From assembly GCA_965262725.1 (NCBI GenBank), contig OZ253555.1, forward strand, positions 864,001 through 928,000: a stretch of 64,000 bases of DNA, written 5' to 3'. Shown piece after piece: positions 1 through 8,628 of this stretch. This DNA comes from Dehalococcoidia bacterium (GTDB lineage Bacteria > Chloroflexota > Dehalococcoidia > UBA2979). Each line of letters opens with the position of its first letter. Position 1 is the stretch's first letter. A program made the position numbers and the translations under genes. The notes beneath the pieces were generated by a model. It was not told where the DNA came from. It made no database searches and saw nothing but the letters and a program-made list of their open reading frames with translations.

Positions 1-1220
1 AGCAGCTCCATGTCGTCGAGGGCGGCGGCCGCCGCGACGGTTCCCGTGTCCTCTTCCTCGATGCGCGCGGCTCGCGAGGCCTCGGCCACCGAGCACGCCG
101 CGTGGACGTCGACCGGGTAGAGATGGAAGGAGACGGTGTGCTGCTGGCATCTCAGCTCCTCCCACTCCGGCAGGAGCTCCGCGAGCCACGCCGCGGGAGG
201 AAGCGGATCGAGGGGCGGCGGCGAGTGGCCTTCGTCGCCGGCGTCTCCTCCCGCGTCGCCGAGCGCGGCGAGCGCGGCCGCGAGCTGCCCGGGGGCGTCG
301 CCGTGCACATCCCCCGCGTCGGCGGGAAGCGGGCGGTCGCCCCCGCCCCCCCTCTCGCCCCGGAGTGCGCCCAGCCAGCGCCTCAGCATGGGAGTCCGCC
401 CGGAAGTCACGCGGTCGAGGCGGCCGTCGGCGGCGGCATCGACCGTGCGCATCGCGCCGAGCAGGCGGACACACCACGCTGCGCTCTCCTCGCCGAGCCA
501 TCCGGCCACTGCCGGCGCGAGGTCGTGGTAGACCCGGTCGGTCGGGCGATCGCTCAGGGCGTGCAGCGCCGTGCGCGTCGCGAGCAGCGTCTCGCGAGCC
601 GCATCATCTCCGCGCGCGATCGCCTCCAGGGCGTCGAGCCACCGGGGCGCGTGCAGATCGCGCAGGCCGCCGCGGCCCGTCTTGAGCTGGGGCGAGGCGA
701 GCTGCCATCTCTCGGCCGTGACCCGCTCGCGCCGCCGTGCGGCGAGTTCGTCCGCAAGCCAGTGCCCCTGCCGCCTCGCGAGCGCGCGGTGCGCCTCCAG
801 GAAGCGGGCGAAGAGCGCGGCGTTGCCGGCGACGAGCCGCGCGTCGATCAGGGCCGTCGCCGTCTCGACGCTCTGCATCGCGGCGTCGAGCGCCTGGTCG
901 ACGTCGCGGACGGAGTGGCCGAGGCTGAGCTTCGCGTCCCAGAGCGGGTAGAGGAGGGCGGTCGCTGCCTCGTGGCTCTCCCTCTCCGCGAGCAGCATCA
1001 GGTCGACGTCCGAGTGCCGGCATAGCTCACGCCGCCCGTAGCCCCCGACGGCGATCACCGCGACGTCGGGACCGACCCGCGACGAGGCCAGCTCGGAAAG
1101 GGCTGCGTCGAGGAGCGCGGTGAGCTCGGCGCAGGCCTGGCTCCCCGCCTCGCTCGCCTGCCGCGGCGCCCGCTCCTCACGCGCCTTCAGGAAGCGCGTG
1201 AGCGCGACCGTGTCACTCAT
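1..1220 (-). CDS. glnD: PII uridylyl/nucleotidyltransferase GlnD, 5' part (runs off left edge; absent from ORF track)
   Basis: Hand translation from ATG at 1220: VIAVGGYGRRELCRHSDVDLMLL (NTase motif), LLYPLWDAKLSLGHSVR, QLKTGRGGLRDLH, LLPEWEELRCQQHTVSFHLYPVDVH (HD-domain lead-in); lies downstream of amtB-glnK. Confidence 0.92.
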   Translation of the reverse strand, partial: MSDTVALTRFLKAREERAPRQASEAGSQACAELTALLDAALSELASSRVGPDVAVIAVGGYGRRELCRHSDVDLMLLAERESHEAATALLYPLWDAKLSLGHSVRDVDQALDAAMQSVETATALIDARLVAGNAALFARFLEAHRALARRQGHWLADELAARRRERVTAERWQLASPQLKTGRGGLRDLHAPRWLDALEAIARGDDAARETLLATRTALHALSDRPTDRVYHDLAPAVAGWLGEESAAWCVRLLGAMRTVDAAADGRLDRVTSGRTPMLRRWLGALRGERGGGGDRPLPADAGDVHGDAPGQLAAALAALGDAGGDAGDEGHSPPPLDPLPPAAWLAELLPEWEELRCQQHTVSFHLYPVDVHAACSVAEASRAARIEEEDTGTVAAAAALDDMEL

Positions 1221-1327
1221 CGGCGCTCCGATCGAGCCGCGCGCTCGCTGACGCGGAGCGGCGCCGCTCGTCCCCGTGCGGGAACTCCGCGGCGCCGCCA
1301 CGTACGCCCGGTCGCCGTGCCGTGCAC
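1217..1327 (-). CDS. Putative 36-aa linker mini-ORF between glnK and glnD
   Basis: GGAGG (1336-1340) 8 nt before GTG 1327; open to TGA 1217-1219, which overlaps the glnD ATG (ATGA). Confidence 0.35.
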   Translation of the reverse strand: MHGTATGRTWRRRGVPARGRAAPLRVSERAARSERR

Positions 1328-1341
1328 GGCGCGACCCTCCG

Positions 1342-1680
1342 TCAGAGGGCGTCCTCGCCGCGCTCGCCCGTGCGGATGCGGATGACGTCCTCGACGGGGA
1401 GCACGGCGATCTTGCCGTCTCCAACCGAGCCGGTGCGCGCGGTCTGCTCGACCGTCGAGATCACGGTGGGCGCGAGCGTCTCGTCGACGAGTACCTCGAT
1501 CCGCACCTTCGGCACGAACTCGACATCGTACTCGGCGCCCCGGTAGATCTCCCGGTGTCCGCCCTGCCGCCCGAATCCCTGGATCGTCGCGATCGAGAGC
1601 CCCGTGACGCCCGCTTCCTTGAGCGCGTCACGCACCTCGTCCAGCTTGTAGGGGTTGATGTAGGCGATGATCATCTTCAC
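1342..1680 (-). CDS. glnK: PII nitrogen regulatory protein
   Basis: 112 aa; GFGRQGGHREIYRGAEY T-loop with Tyr51, TARTGSVGDGKI, IRIRTGE; adjacent to amtB. Confidence 0.96.
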   Translation of the reverse strand: MKMIIAYINPYKLDEVRDALKEAGVTGLSIATIQGFGRQGGHREIYRGAEYDVEFVPKVRIEVLVDETLAPTVISTVEQTARTGSVGDGKIAVLPVEDVIRIRTGERGEDAL

Positions 1681-1715
1681 TTGCGTGCCCCGTTTCCTCG
1701 TCCTCGCCGGCCCAC
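1677..1715 (-). CDS. Putative 12-aa linker mini-ORF (MGRRGRGNGARK) between amtB and glnK
   Basis: GGAG 6 nt before GTG 1715; TGA 1677-1679 overlaps the glnK GTG (GTGA). Confidence 0.33.
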   Translation of the reverse strand: MGRRGRGNGARK

Positions 1716-1737
1716 CTGTTGCTCCGTGCCGCGAACG

Positions 1738-2949
1738 CTAGTCGGAGAGCACATACGCCTGCTCGTCGTGCAGCGACAGGTCCAGACCTCTCCGCTCTTC
1801 CTCCTCGGTGACGCGGAGGCCGATCGTCGCCTTGATGATGCGGAGCAGCGCGTAGGAGACGACGAAGGAGTACACGACGGCGATGACCACGGAGGCCGCT
1901 TGGCGCAGCAGCTGGTCGAATCCGCCCGCGACCCCGCCGATGTCGGCGTCGGCGAGCACGCCCAGGAGGATCGAGCCGACGATGCCTCCCACGAGGTGCA
2001 CAGCCACGACGTCGAGCGAGTCGTCGAAGCCGAAGCGGAACTTGATCCGCAGCGCCCAGTAGCAGCCCGCGCCAGCCGCGATCCCGATCAGGATCGCCGC
2101 CAGCGGGCCGACGAAGCCGGCGGCCGGGGTGATCGCGACGAGGCCGGCGACCGCGCCCGAGGCGACGCCGAGCGTGGTCGGCTTCCCGGAGGTCAGCCAC
2201 TCCACGATGATCCACGTGGTGGCGGCGACGGCCGCCGCGACCTGCGTCGTCACGAACGCGTTCGCGGCGGCGCCGTCGGCGGCGAGCGCCGAGCCGGCGT
2301 TGAAGCCAAACCAGCCGAACCAGAGGATCCCCGTTCCGAGCAAGGTCAGGGGCAGAGCGTGCGGGCGCATCAGGTCGCGGGGGAAGCCGATTCGCGGTCC
2401 GAGCACAAGGACCGCGGCGAGCGCGGCCGCCCCGGCGTTGATGTGCACGACCAGGCCGCCGGCGAAGTCGATGGCCCCGAGGTCGCCGCCGATGATGCCG
2501 CCGCCCCAGACCCAGTGCGCCATCGGCGCGTAGACGACCACCGACCACACGGCGATGAAGATCATCCAGGCCGAGAGTTTCATGCGCCCGGCGACGGCTC
2601 CCGAGATCAGGGCGGGCGTGATGATGGCGAACATCATCTGGAACGCCATGAACAGCATGTCCGGGATGTCGTAGCCGTGGATCGAATTCCCCGAGCCGAC
2701 CTTCTCGAGACCGATGTAGTCGAGCGCGCCGAAGAGCCCCCAGCCCCCGACGGAGGGACCGAAGGCGACCGTGTATCCGATCACGATCCACGTCACCGTG
2801 ACGATGCCCATCGCCACGAAGTTGTTCATCAGCATCGCGAGCGCGTTCCGCACTCGCACCATGCCGCCGTAGAACAGTGCCAGTCCCGGCGTCATGAACA
2901 GCACCAGAGCGGAGCTGGTGAGCACCCAAGCGGTGGCGCCCGAGTCCAT
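1738..2949 (-). CDS. amtB: Ammonium transporter
   Basis: MDSGATAWVLTSSALVLFMTPGLALFYGG, FQMMFAIITPALISGA, DFAGGLVVH, LWFGWFGFNAGS, DDSLDVVAVH; SD AAGGAG before ATG 2949. Confidence 0.97.
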   Translation of the reverse strand: MDSGATAWVLTSSALVLFMTPGLALFYGGMVRVRNALAMLMNNFVAMGIVTVTWIVIGYTVAFGPSVGGWGLFGALDYIGLEKVGSGNSIHGYDIPDMLFMAFQMMFAIITPALISGAVAGRMKLSAWMIFIAVWSVVVYAPMAHWVWGGGIIGGDLGAIDFAGGLVVHINAGAAALAAVLVLGPRIGFPRDLMRPHALPLTLLGTGILWFGWFGFNAGSALAADGAAANAFVTTQVAAAVAATTWIIVEWLTSGKPTTLGVASGAVAGLVAITPAAGFVGPLAAILIGIAAGAGCYWALRIKFRFGFDDSLDVVAVHLVGGIVGSILLGVLADADIGGVAGGFDQLLRQAASVVIAVVYSFVVSYALLRIIKATIGLRVTEEEERRGLDLSLHDEQAYVLSD

Positions 2950-3058
2950 GGCTTCTCCTTCCGGGCGTCTCTCCCCCCGGGTTCGGTCGCCGATGACCTC
3001 ACCCGGCTGGCCCGAGCAATGTCGGATCCGATGCCCGGCCCGAGCATGGCAGCGCGAT

Positions 3059-3118
3059 GTTTCCCGTGCTTTGCGCATGTGTTTCAAAGAGGTTGCATCG
3101 TGATTGCCATCGCGTTTC
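3059..3118 (-). promoter_or_regulatory. Phased array of six 5-mers, GlnR-box-like operator upstream of amtB
   Basis: Minus strand reads GAAAC-n6-GCAAT-n6-GCAAC-n6-GAAAC-n6-GCAAA-n6-GAAAC, exact 11-bp period (plus-strand starts 3059, 3070, 3081, 3092, 3103, 3114). Confidence 0.75.
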
Positions 3119-3221
3119 TCCCGATGACGCCGACCTCCGGAACGCTCCCCGCGTCCCCGCCGGGCGCCCCCGGCGCGCAGGCGCTAGAATCGGGCACGTC
3201 TCCCCACGGGACGGAATACGC

Positions 3222-4286
3222 ATGACCGCGCCGCCTCCGGGCGCCGGGAAACGCACGCCCAGCCCCGGCACGGCGGCGGCGTCTGCGGGCACGCAGGCGC
3301 CGGACGCCCGGGGCGCCCGCAACGCGACACGTGCAGTCCTGCGCCCCTCCCTGCGCCCCTTCCTCAAGTGGGCGGGGGGGAAGGGCCAGCTCCGCCGTGA
3401 GCTGCTGAGCCGCGTTCCCGGGGAGATCGGCTGCTACTTCGAGCCGATGGTCGGCGGGGGTGCGCTCTTCTTCGCGCTGGCGGGGAGCGAGGATCGCCCA
3501 ATCGGGCGCGTCGTCCTCAACGATGCGAACGAGGAGCTAATGGCCGCCTACGGTGTCGTCCGGAACCGTGTGGAGCCCCTGATCGAGCGACTCGGTGCGT
3601 ACGCGTGCGACTACCTGCAGGGGGACGTCGAGGAGCGCGATCGCTACTACTATGACGTGCGGGCCTCCGCGCCCGCGGACGAGCTGGAACGCGCGGCGCG
3701 GATGCTCTTCCTCAACCGCACCTGCTACAACGGCCTCTACCGCGTGAACCGCTCCGGGCAGTTCAACGTGCCGCACGGGCGGTACGCGCGGCCGCGGATC
3801 CTCGACGAAGAAGCCCTCAGGAGCGCCTCCCGCGCACTGGCGGAGGTCGAGCTGCGCTCGGGCGACGTCGCCGATTCCTGCGCCGATGCGGAAGCGGGCG
3901 ACTTCGTCTACCTCGACCCGCCCTTCTTCCCGCTCAACCCGACGTCGAACTTCACCGACTACACGATGGCCAGGTTCGGCGTCGCCGAGCAGCGCCAGCT
4001 GCGCTGGCTCATAGACGACCTGACCGAGCGCGGGGTGCTCGTCATGCTCTCGAACTCGGATGTCGACTGGGTGCACGCCGCGTACGAGACGGCCCGCTAC
4101 GCGGTCGGCGACTCGGCCGGGGGGCGGAGGGGCCCCGCGGGCGCGGAGTACGCGCACCACCGTATCGACTCGGTGCCGGCGCGGCGCATGATCAACTCCC
4201 GGGGCGATCGGCGGTCGGCGATCGCGGAGCTCGTCGTGATGAACCCGCCCTTGGTCGAGGCGCTTGAGCGCGGCGCGGCGTCCTAG
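3222..4286 (+). CDS. Dam-family (D12 class) N6-adenine DNA methyltransferase
   Basis: PFLKWAGGK, YFEPMVGGGA (motif I), LNDAN, FLNRTCYNGLYRVNRSGQFNVP, FVYLDPPF (motif IV), VMLSNSD. Confidence 0.93.
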   Translation: MTAPPPGAGKRTPSPGTAAASAGTQAPDARGARNATRAVLRPSLRPFLKWAGGKGQLRRELLSRVPGEIGCYFEPMVGGGALFFALAGSEDRPIGRVVLNDANEELMAAYGVVRNRVEPLIERLGAYACDYLQGDVEERDRYYYDVRASAPADELERAARMLFLNRTCYNGLYRVNRSGQFNVPHGRYARPRILDEEALRSASRALAEVELRSGDVADSCADAEAGDFVYLDPPFFPLNPTSNFTDYTMARFGVAEQRQLRWLIDDLTERGVLVMLSNSDVDWVHAAYETARYAVGDSAGGRRGPAGAEYAHHRIDSVPARRMINSRGDRRSAIAELVVMNPPLVEALERGAAS

Positions 4287-4320
4287 GGCCCGGACCGTGC
4301 GTCGGCGCTCCTACCCTTGC

Positions 4321-4716
4321 CTACTCTCCGATCAGGAAGTAGAGGCGCAGCCACGCCTCGAGATCGGGGAGCTCCACGCCCTTGCCGGTGGAGAGGATGT
4401 AGTAGCGGATGTGATCCGTGAATCCGGCCCCGGCGAAGCAAATCAGCCCGTCGATGGGCCAGGCGGCGATGTCTTGGATCGTCGCGGGGATCTTCTCCTC
4501 CGCGGTGCCCTTGCTGTTCTGGAACTTGCACTCGATGCCGAGCGCGCGGCGGCTCTCGCGATCGGTCAGCACCACGTCGATCCTGCGGCGGGCGCCCCAG
4601 ATGCGGCGTCCGACGGGGAGCTGCCGCCGAACCTCCAGGCCCAGCCTCGCCCCGAGATCGGCGCAGTGATCCTCCAGCTCGCGCGCGTTCGTAGGCTCGG
4701 GATGCGGACCCCGCAC
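4321..4716 (-). CDS. Small PD-(D/E)XK superfamily nuclease
   Basis: RRRIDVVL...LGIECKFQNSKGTAEEKIP: D...ExK catalytic pattern; 131 aa. Confidence 0.78.
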   Translation of the reverse strand: MRGPHPEPTNARELEDHCADLGARLGLEVRRQLPVGRRIWGARRRIDVVLTDRESRRALGIECKFQNSKGTAEEKIPATIQDIAAWPIDGLICFAGAGFTDHIRYYILSTGKGVELPDLEAWLRLYFLIGE

Positions 4717-4737
4717 GCCGGCCCCCCGCCAGCGCCT

Positions 4738-5517
4738 CTAGCCCGCCCCGGGCGCCGGGACCAGATCGCGCAGCGACGCGATCTCGGCGGCGCCCGTGCG
4801 CAGGAAGCGGCTGTCGGCGCCGAGCATCACCATCTGGAAGCCGTCCTCGATGTAGCGGCGCGAGTACGTGGCGCTATGCGTGTGGATGCCGGGTGTGACG
4901 CCGTGGCGCCGGCACGCCTCCAGGACCGCCGCGACGGCCGCGACGTGCCTGGGGTCGGCATTGTCGCCGGTCGGCTGGATCCCGAGCGCGTAGGCGAGGT
5001 CCGACGGCCCGACGTATGCGGCGTCCACGCCCGGCGTCGCGAGGATCGCATCGAGGTTCACGAGCGCCTCGGCAGTCTCGATCATCACCACGCAGGCGAC
5101 CTCCGCGTTTGCGTGCTCGGCGTAGCCGTCGCCGCCGTAGAGGGAACCGCGCGCGGCGCCGGAGGAGCGGATCCCGTCCGGCGGGTAGCGACAGGCGGCG
5201 ACGGCTCGCTCTGCCTCCGCCGCGGTCGAGACCAGGGGCACGATCACGCCGTAGGCGCCCGCGTCGAGCGCCTGCATGATCGGCGCCGGATCGTTCCACG
5301 GCACGCGCACGAGCGGGACGACGTCGGTGGTCGAGATGGCCTGCAGCATGGTGACGCCGTCGCCGAAGTCGATGAGGCCGTGCTGCATGTCGACGCAGAG
5401 CCAGTCGAAGCCTTGATGGGCCATCAACTCCGCCGAGAACGCGGAATCGATGGTGAGCCAGCCACCCAGGGTGGCGCGGCCGTCGCGCCAGGCAGCCTTC
5501 AGGTGGTTCGGTCGGAT
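4738..5517 (-). CDS. HpcH/HpaI (class II pyruvate) aldolase family protein; start uncertain (ATC at 5517 or ATG at 5571)
   Basis: GFDWLCVDMQHG, LVRVPWND, ALDAGAYGVIVP, CRYPPDGIRS, VMIET, VGPSDL. Confidence 0.92.
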   Translation of the reverse strand: MRPNHLKAAWRDGRATLGGWLTIDSAFSAELMAHQGFDWLCVDMQHGLIDFGDGVTMLQAISTTDVVPLVRVPWNDPAPIMQALDAGAYGVIVPLVSTAAEAERAVAACRYPPDGIRSSGAARGSLYGGDGYAEHANAEVACVVMIETAEALVNLDAILATPGVDAAYVGPSDLAYALGIQPTGDNADPRHVAAVAAVLEACRRHGVTPGIHTHSATYSRRYIEDGFQMVMLGADSRFLRTGAAEIASLRDLVPAPGAG

Positions 5518-5566
5518 GGGTGCTCGCCCCTTTCGCTCGCGGTCGCCCGCCTCGGCCGTCTGCGGG

Positions 5567-5595
5567 AGCATCGACAGGGGGCGCCCCTCTGTCAA
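5567..5595 (-). promoter_or_regulatory. sigma70-type promoter for the aldolase-nuclease unit
   Basis: TTGACA (5590-5595), 17 nt, GATGCT (5567-5572); imperfect inverted repeat GACAG...CTGTC in the spacer/-35. Confidence 0.5.
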
Positions 5596-5644
5596 TCGAA
5601 GGCGGGCGCGGGCGCGCCGCCGCCGGGGGAGGGGAGGACCACTA

Positions 5645-6238
5645 GTGACGACCACTGAGACGATCCTCGAGACCGGGATCGGGCCGCTCTTCATCGGGGC
5701 GTCGGGCGCGGGCCTGCACCGCGTCGACTTCGTCCGCGAGGGACGGGACAGGGCGTGGCTCGACGCCGCCCTCCAGCGCGACGCCGCCCATGCCGCTGGC
5801 GGCGCGGGCGCCGCCGCCAGCGCGATCGTCGGCGAGGCGGCGCGGTGTCTTGACGCCTATTTCGCGGGTCGTCCCGTCGACTTCGCGCTGCCTCTCGCAC
5901 CGCGAGGGACGGCGTTCCAGCTCGCCGTGTGGTCGGCGCTGCGTGCAATCCCCGCCGGCGAGACCCGGAGCTACGCGCAGGTCGCCTCCGCGGTCGGCCG
6001 CCCGGCCGCCGTGCGCGCGGTGGGGCAGGCCGTGGGCCGCAACCCGATCGCCGTTATCGTCCCCTGCCACCGCGTCGTGGGTTCGGACGGCTCGCTCACC
6101 GGGTATGCGGGCGGGATGGAGCGCAAGCGGTGGCTGCTCGCGCGGGAGGCGGGGGCGAGCAGCGAGACGAACCGGCCCACCGAGGCCAGCGTCCGAGTCC
6201 CCGCCTCCGGGCCCGCTGGACCCCCGGCGGGCGCCTGA
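5645..6238 (+). CDS. ogt: Methylated-DNA--protein-cysteine S-methyltransferase
   Basis: GTAFQLAVW, IPAGETRSY, RAVGQA, NPIAVIVPCHRVVG, GYAGG; GGAGG SD before GTG 5645. Confidence 0.95.
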   Translation: MTTTETILETGIGPLFIGASGAGLHRVDFVREGRDRAWLDAALQRDAAHAAGGAGAAASAIVGEAARCLDAYFAGRPVDFALPLAPRGTAFQLAVWSALRAIPAGETRSYAQVASAVGRPAAVRAVGQAVGRNPIAVIVPCHRVVGSDGSLTGYAGGMERKRWLLAREAGASSETNRPTEASVRVPASGPAGPPAGA

Positions 6239-6434
6239 GGTTCATTCAGCGTGGGTACGACCGCCTGTCAACGAGGACGGGGCGTGCCGCTGACGGGCCC
6301 GGCCGGGGGCGCTCGCGTCGGGGGCGCGTGGTCCCGATAATCGCCGCTCGGGGGGCGCTTCGCACCGGCCGCGCGCGGGCTCTGCTAGCCCCGGGCGCAT
6401 GAGCCGACGAGGACCGCGGATCAACGGAGGCACG

Positions 6435-7685
6435 ATGGAGCGTCGCGTCGTGATCGCGGCCATCGTCGCGCATGCCATGACCCACGGGATGGAAGTGGCG
6501 TTCGCCGCGCTGCTCCTGCGCATAGGCGCCGAGTTCGGCGCTGGTCTCGCGGCGCTCGGGGTCGTCGCGAACGCCGGGACGATCACCTTCGGAAGCACCG
6601 CGATTCCCGCGGGCTACCTCTCCGACCGCTACGGCGAGCGCGCGGTGATCTCCTTCGCGATGGCCGGCGGAGCCGGCCTCTGCGTTCTCGCGGCGGCGGC
6701 GCCGAACCTGACGCTGCTCGCGGTGGCCCTCGCCCTGCTGGGCGCGGCCATCGGGCTTTACCACCCGCCCGGTACGGCGATGGTGGCGACGCTCGCGGAG
6801 CGCCGGGGCCGCGCGCTCGCCCGCCACGGGGTCGGCGGCAATATCGGACTCGGTGTCGCGCCGGCGCTCGTGACGGTCGTCGCGATCGCGGCCGACTGGC
6901 GCGCCGCCTATCTCGTGCTCGGCGCGCTCGCGCTGATCGCGGCCGTCGTCGTGTGGCGACTCGTGCCGGGTCGTGACGAGGCGGAGCGGGAGCGACGCCG
7001 GCTGCGTGCTCGCGAGCTGACCGATCCGCGCCGCCGCGCTGGCTCGACCCCGCCTCGCGAGCGTTCCTGGATGATGCCGTCTCTGCTCCTGGTCTACTTC
7101 GCCGCCGTGGGGCAGGGCTTCGTTTACCGCGGCGCGATCACATTCCTCCCGGCGCACCTCGAGCAGAACCTCAGGCTCTCGGTTTTGGGTTGGGACGCCG
7201 AGGCGATGGCCGGGGCCACCACGACGCTCGTTCTCCTCATCGGCATCGGCGGACAACTCATGGGTGGGCGGCTGATCGACCGCATGTTGGCCGAGCGCGC
7301 CGCCCTCCTGTTCACCGTGGCGCTTGTTCCGGCCCTGCTGCTGATGGCGCCCGCGACGGGATGGTGGCTGGTGCTCGCGTCGATCGGCTTCGTGCTCGCG
7401 AACTGGGGCCAGCAGCCGGTCTTCAACTCGCTGATGGCCGACTACGCCCCCGGGGGGGCGCTCGGCCGGGCCTTCGGGTTCCAGTTCTTCATGGCCTTCG
7501 GGCTCGGCTCTGTCTCGGGCTCGTTGTCGGGGATCGTCGCCGAGCGCGCCGGCACTGGGGCCGCCTTTGTTCTGCTGGGCGCTGCCGCCCTGGCGATGCT
7601 GGTCGCCCTCGCCCTCGTACTCGCGGGCTCGGAGCGGCGCCGCTCCAAGAGCGCGTCGGCGCTCGCCGCGCAGGAGGGTGCCTAG
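6435..7685 (+). CDS. MFS transporter
   Basis: About 12 hydrophobic segments, GYLSDRYGER motif A, GGRLIDR repeat; GGAGG SD. Confidence 0.9.
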   Translation: MERRVVIAAIVAHAMTHGMEVAFAALLLRIGAEFGAGLAALGVVANAGTITFGSTAIPAGYLSDRYGERAVISFAMAGGAGLCVLAAAAPNLTLLAVALALLGAAIGLYHPPGTAMVATLAERRGRALARHGVGGNIGLGVAPALVTVVAIAADWRAAYLVLGALALIAAVVVWRLVPGRDEAERERRRLRARELTDPRRRAGSTPPRERSWMMPSLLLVYFAAVGQGFVYRGAITFLPAHLEQNLRLSVLGWDAEAMAGATTTLVLLIGIGGQLMGGRLIDRMLAERAALLFTVALVPALLLMAPATGWWLVLASIGFVLANWGQQPVFNSLMADYAPGGALGRAFGFQFFMAFGLGSVSGSLSGIVAERAGTGAAFVLLGAAALAMLVALALVLAGSERRRSKSASALAAQEGA

Positions 7686-7730
7686 CCGCGCGTCGTGTGG
7701 TGAGTGGGGCCGTCGGCCGGTCGGGTGCCC

Positions 7731-8477
7731 TCAACTCCAGCCGTCGATGAGGGGCACGAGGTCCGGCAGGCGGTCGATCACGGCGTCCGGTTCCACGTCG
7801 TAGGGCGGGACGCTCGGGTTCGGGCGCAGCACCGTCTTCATCCCGACGGAGCGCGCCCCGTGCACGTCGTCGAAGGGCCGGTCTCCCACGAAGACCGTGG
7901 ACGCCGGATCAGGGCCGCCGAGCGCGTCGAGCGCCGCGCGGAAGGCGAGCTCGTGCGGCTTCATGTACGGGAGCTCGCTCGTGTACACACGCGCGTCGAT
8001 GAGCGCGGCGAGGTGATCGCGCTCCAGGAATCGCTCGTGGAAGGCCCGCGGCCAGTGCGTGTTGGAGAGCATCCCGATGGCGATGCCGCGCTCGCGGAGA
8101 GCCGAGAGCGTCTCCGCCGCGTCCGGGTCGTGGACGATGTGCGGTGTCCAGGTGTCGAGGTAGCGCAGCGCGGCCTCCTCGAGCACCGCTCCCGCCACGT
8201 CGACACCGAGGTCGCGTGCGGCCATCGCCAGGATCTCGGCGAGCGTACCGGAGCGCTGATCGGTCGCTGTCCGCGACCAGAACGCCTCCTCGACGGCGCC
8301 GAGGCGCCGCCTGACCTGATCCGCGTCGAGCCGGGCACCGGATGCCGCCACCGGATGGGTGGAGGCGATGTGCCTGGCGGCGAGCGCCCACATGTCGTCG
8401 AGCTCCACGGGGGCGTAGGTCGCAAGGGTTCCGCCCCAGTCGAAGATGACGGCGTGGACGCCGTTTCTCATGGCCAC
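7731..8477 (-). CDS. HAD-superfamily hydrolase
   Basis: VIFDWGGTL, MLSNT, MKPH, FVGDRPFDDVHGARSVGM. Confidence 0.9.
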   Translation of the reverse strand: MAMRNGVHAVIFDWGGTLATYAPVELDDMWALAARHIASTHPVAASGARLDADQVRRRLGAVEEAFWSRTATDQRSGTLAEILAMAARDLGVDVAGAVLEEAALRYLDTWTPHIVHDPDAAETLSALRERGIAIGMLSNTHWPRAFHERFLERDHLAALIDARVYTSELPYMKPHELAFRAALDALGGPDPASTVFVGDRPFDDVHGARSVGMKTVLRPNPSVPPYDVEPDAVIDRLPDLVPLIDGWS

Positions 8478-8628
8478 CCCGTCTCCCCTCAGGCCCCGGG
8501 CTCCCGGGCACGCCGGGCCGCGTCACCCCGCACCGGCGCGTGGACTCATCGGTCGGGCGATCATGGATCATCGCGCGCCAGCGCGCCCGCCCCCGTCGCC
8601 TCGGGCAAGCCGGCGCGCGACCGGGTGT

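Noticed and set aside
340-360. Possible frameshift in glnD at the C-rich run
   Set aside because: Codon-by-codon recount keeps the frame open into the HD-domain lead-in.
1276-3225. Long antisense or alternate-frame ORFs (also 4264..5658, 19958..22039, 25061..26896, 39350..40870, 41636..43870)
   Set aside because: They overlap well-supported genes on the other strand and have Arg/Gly/Ala-rich composition with no motifs, as expected at this GC content.
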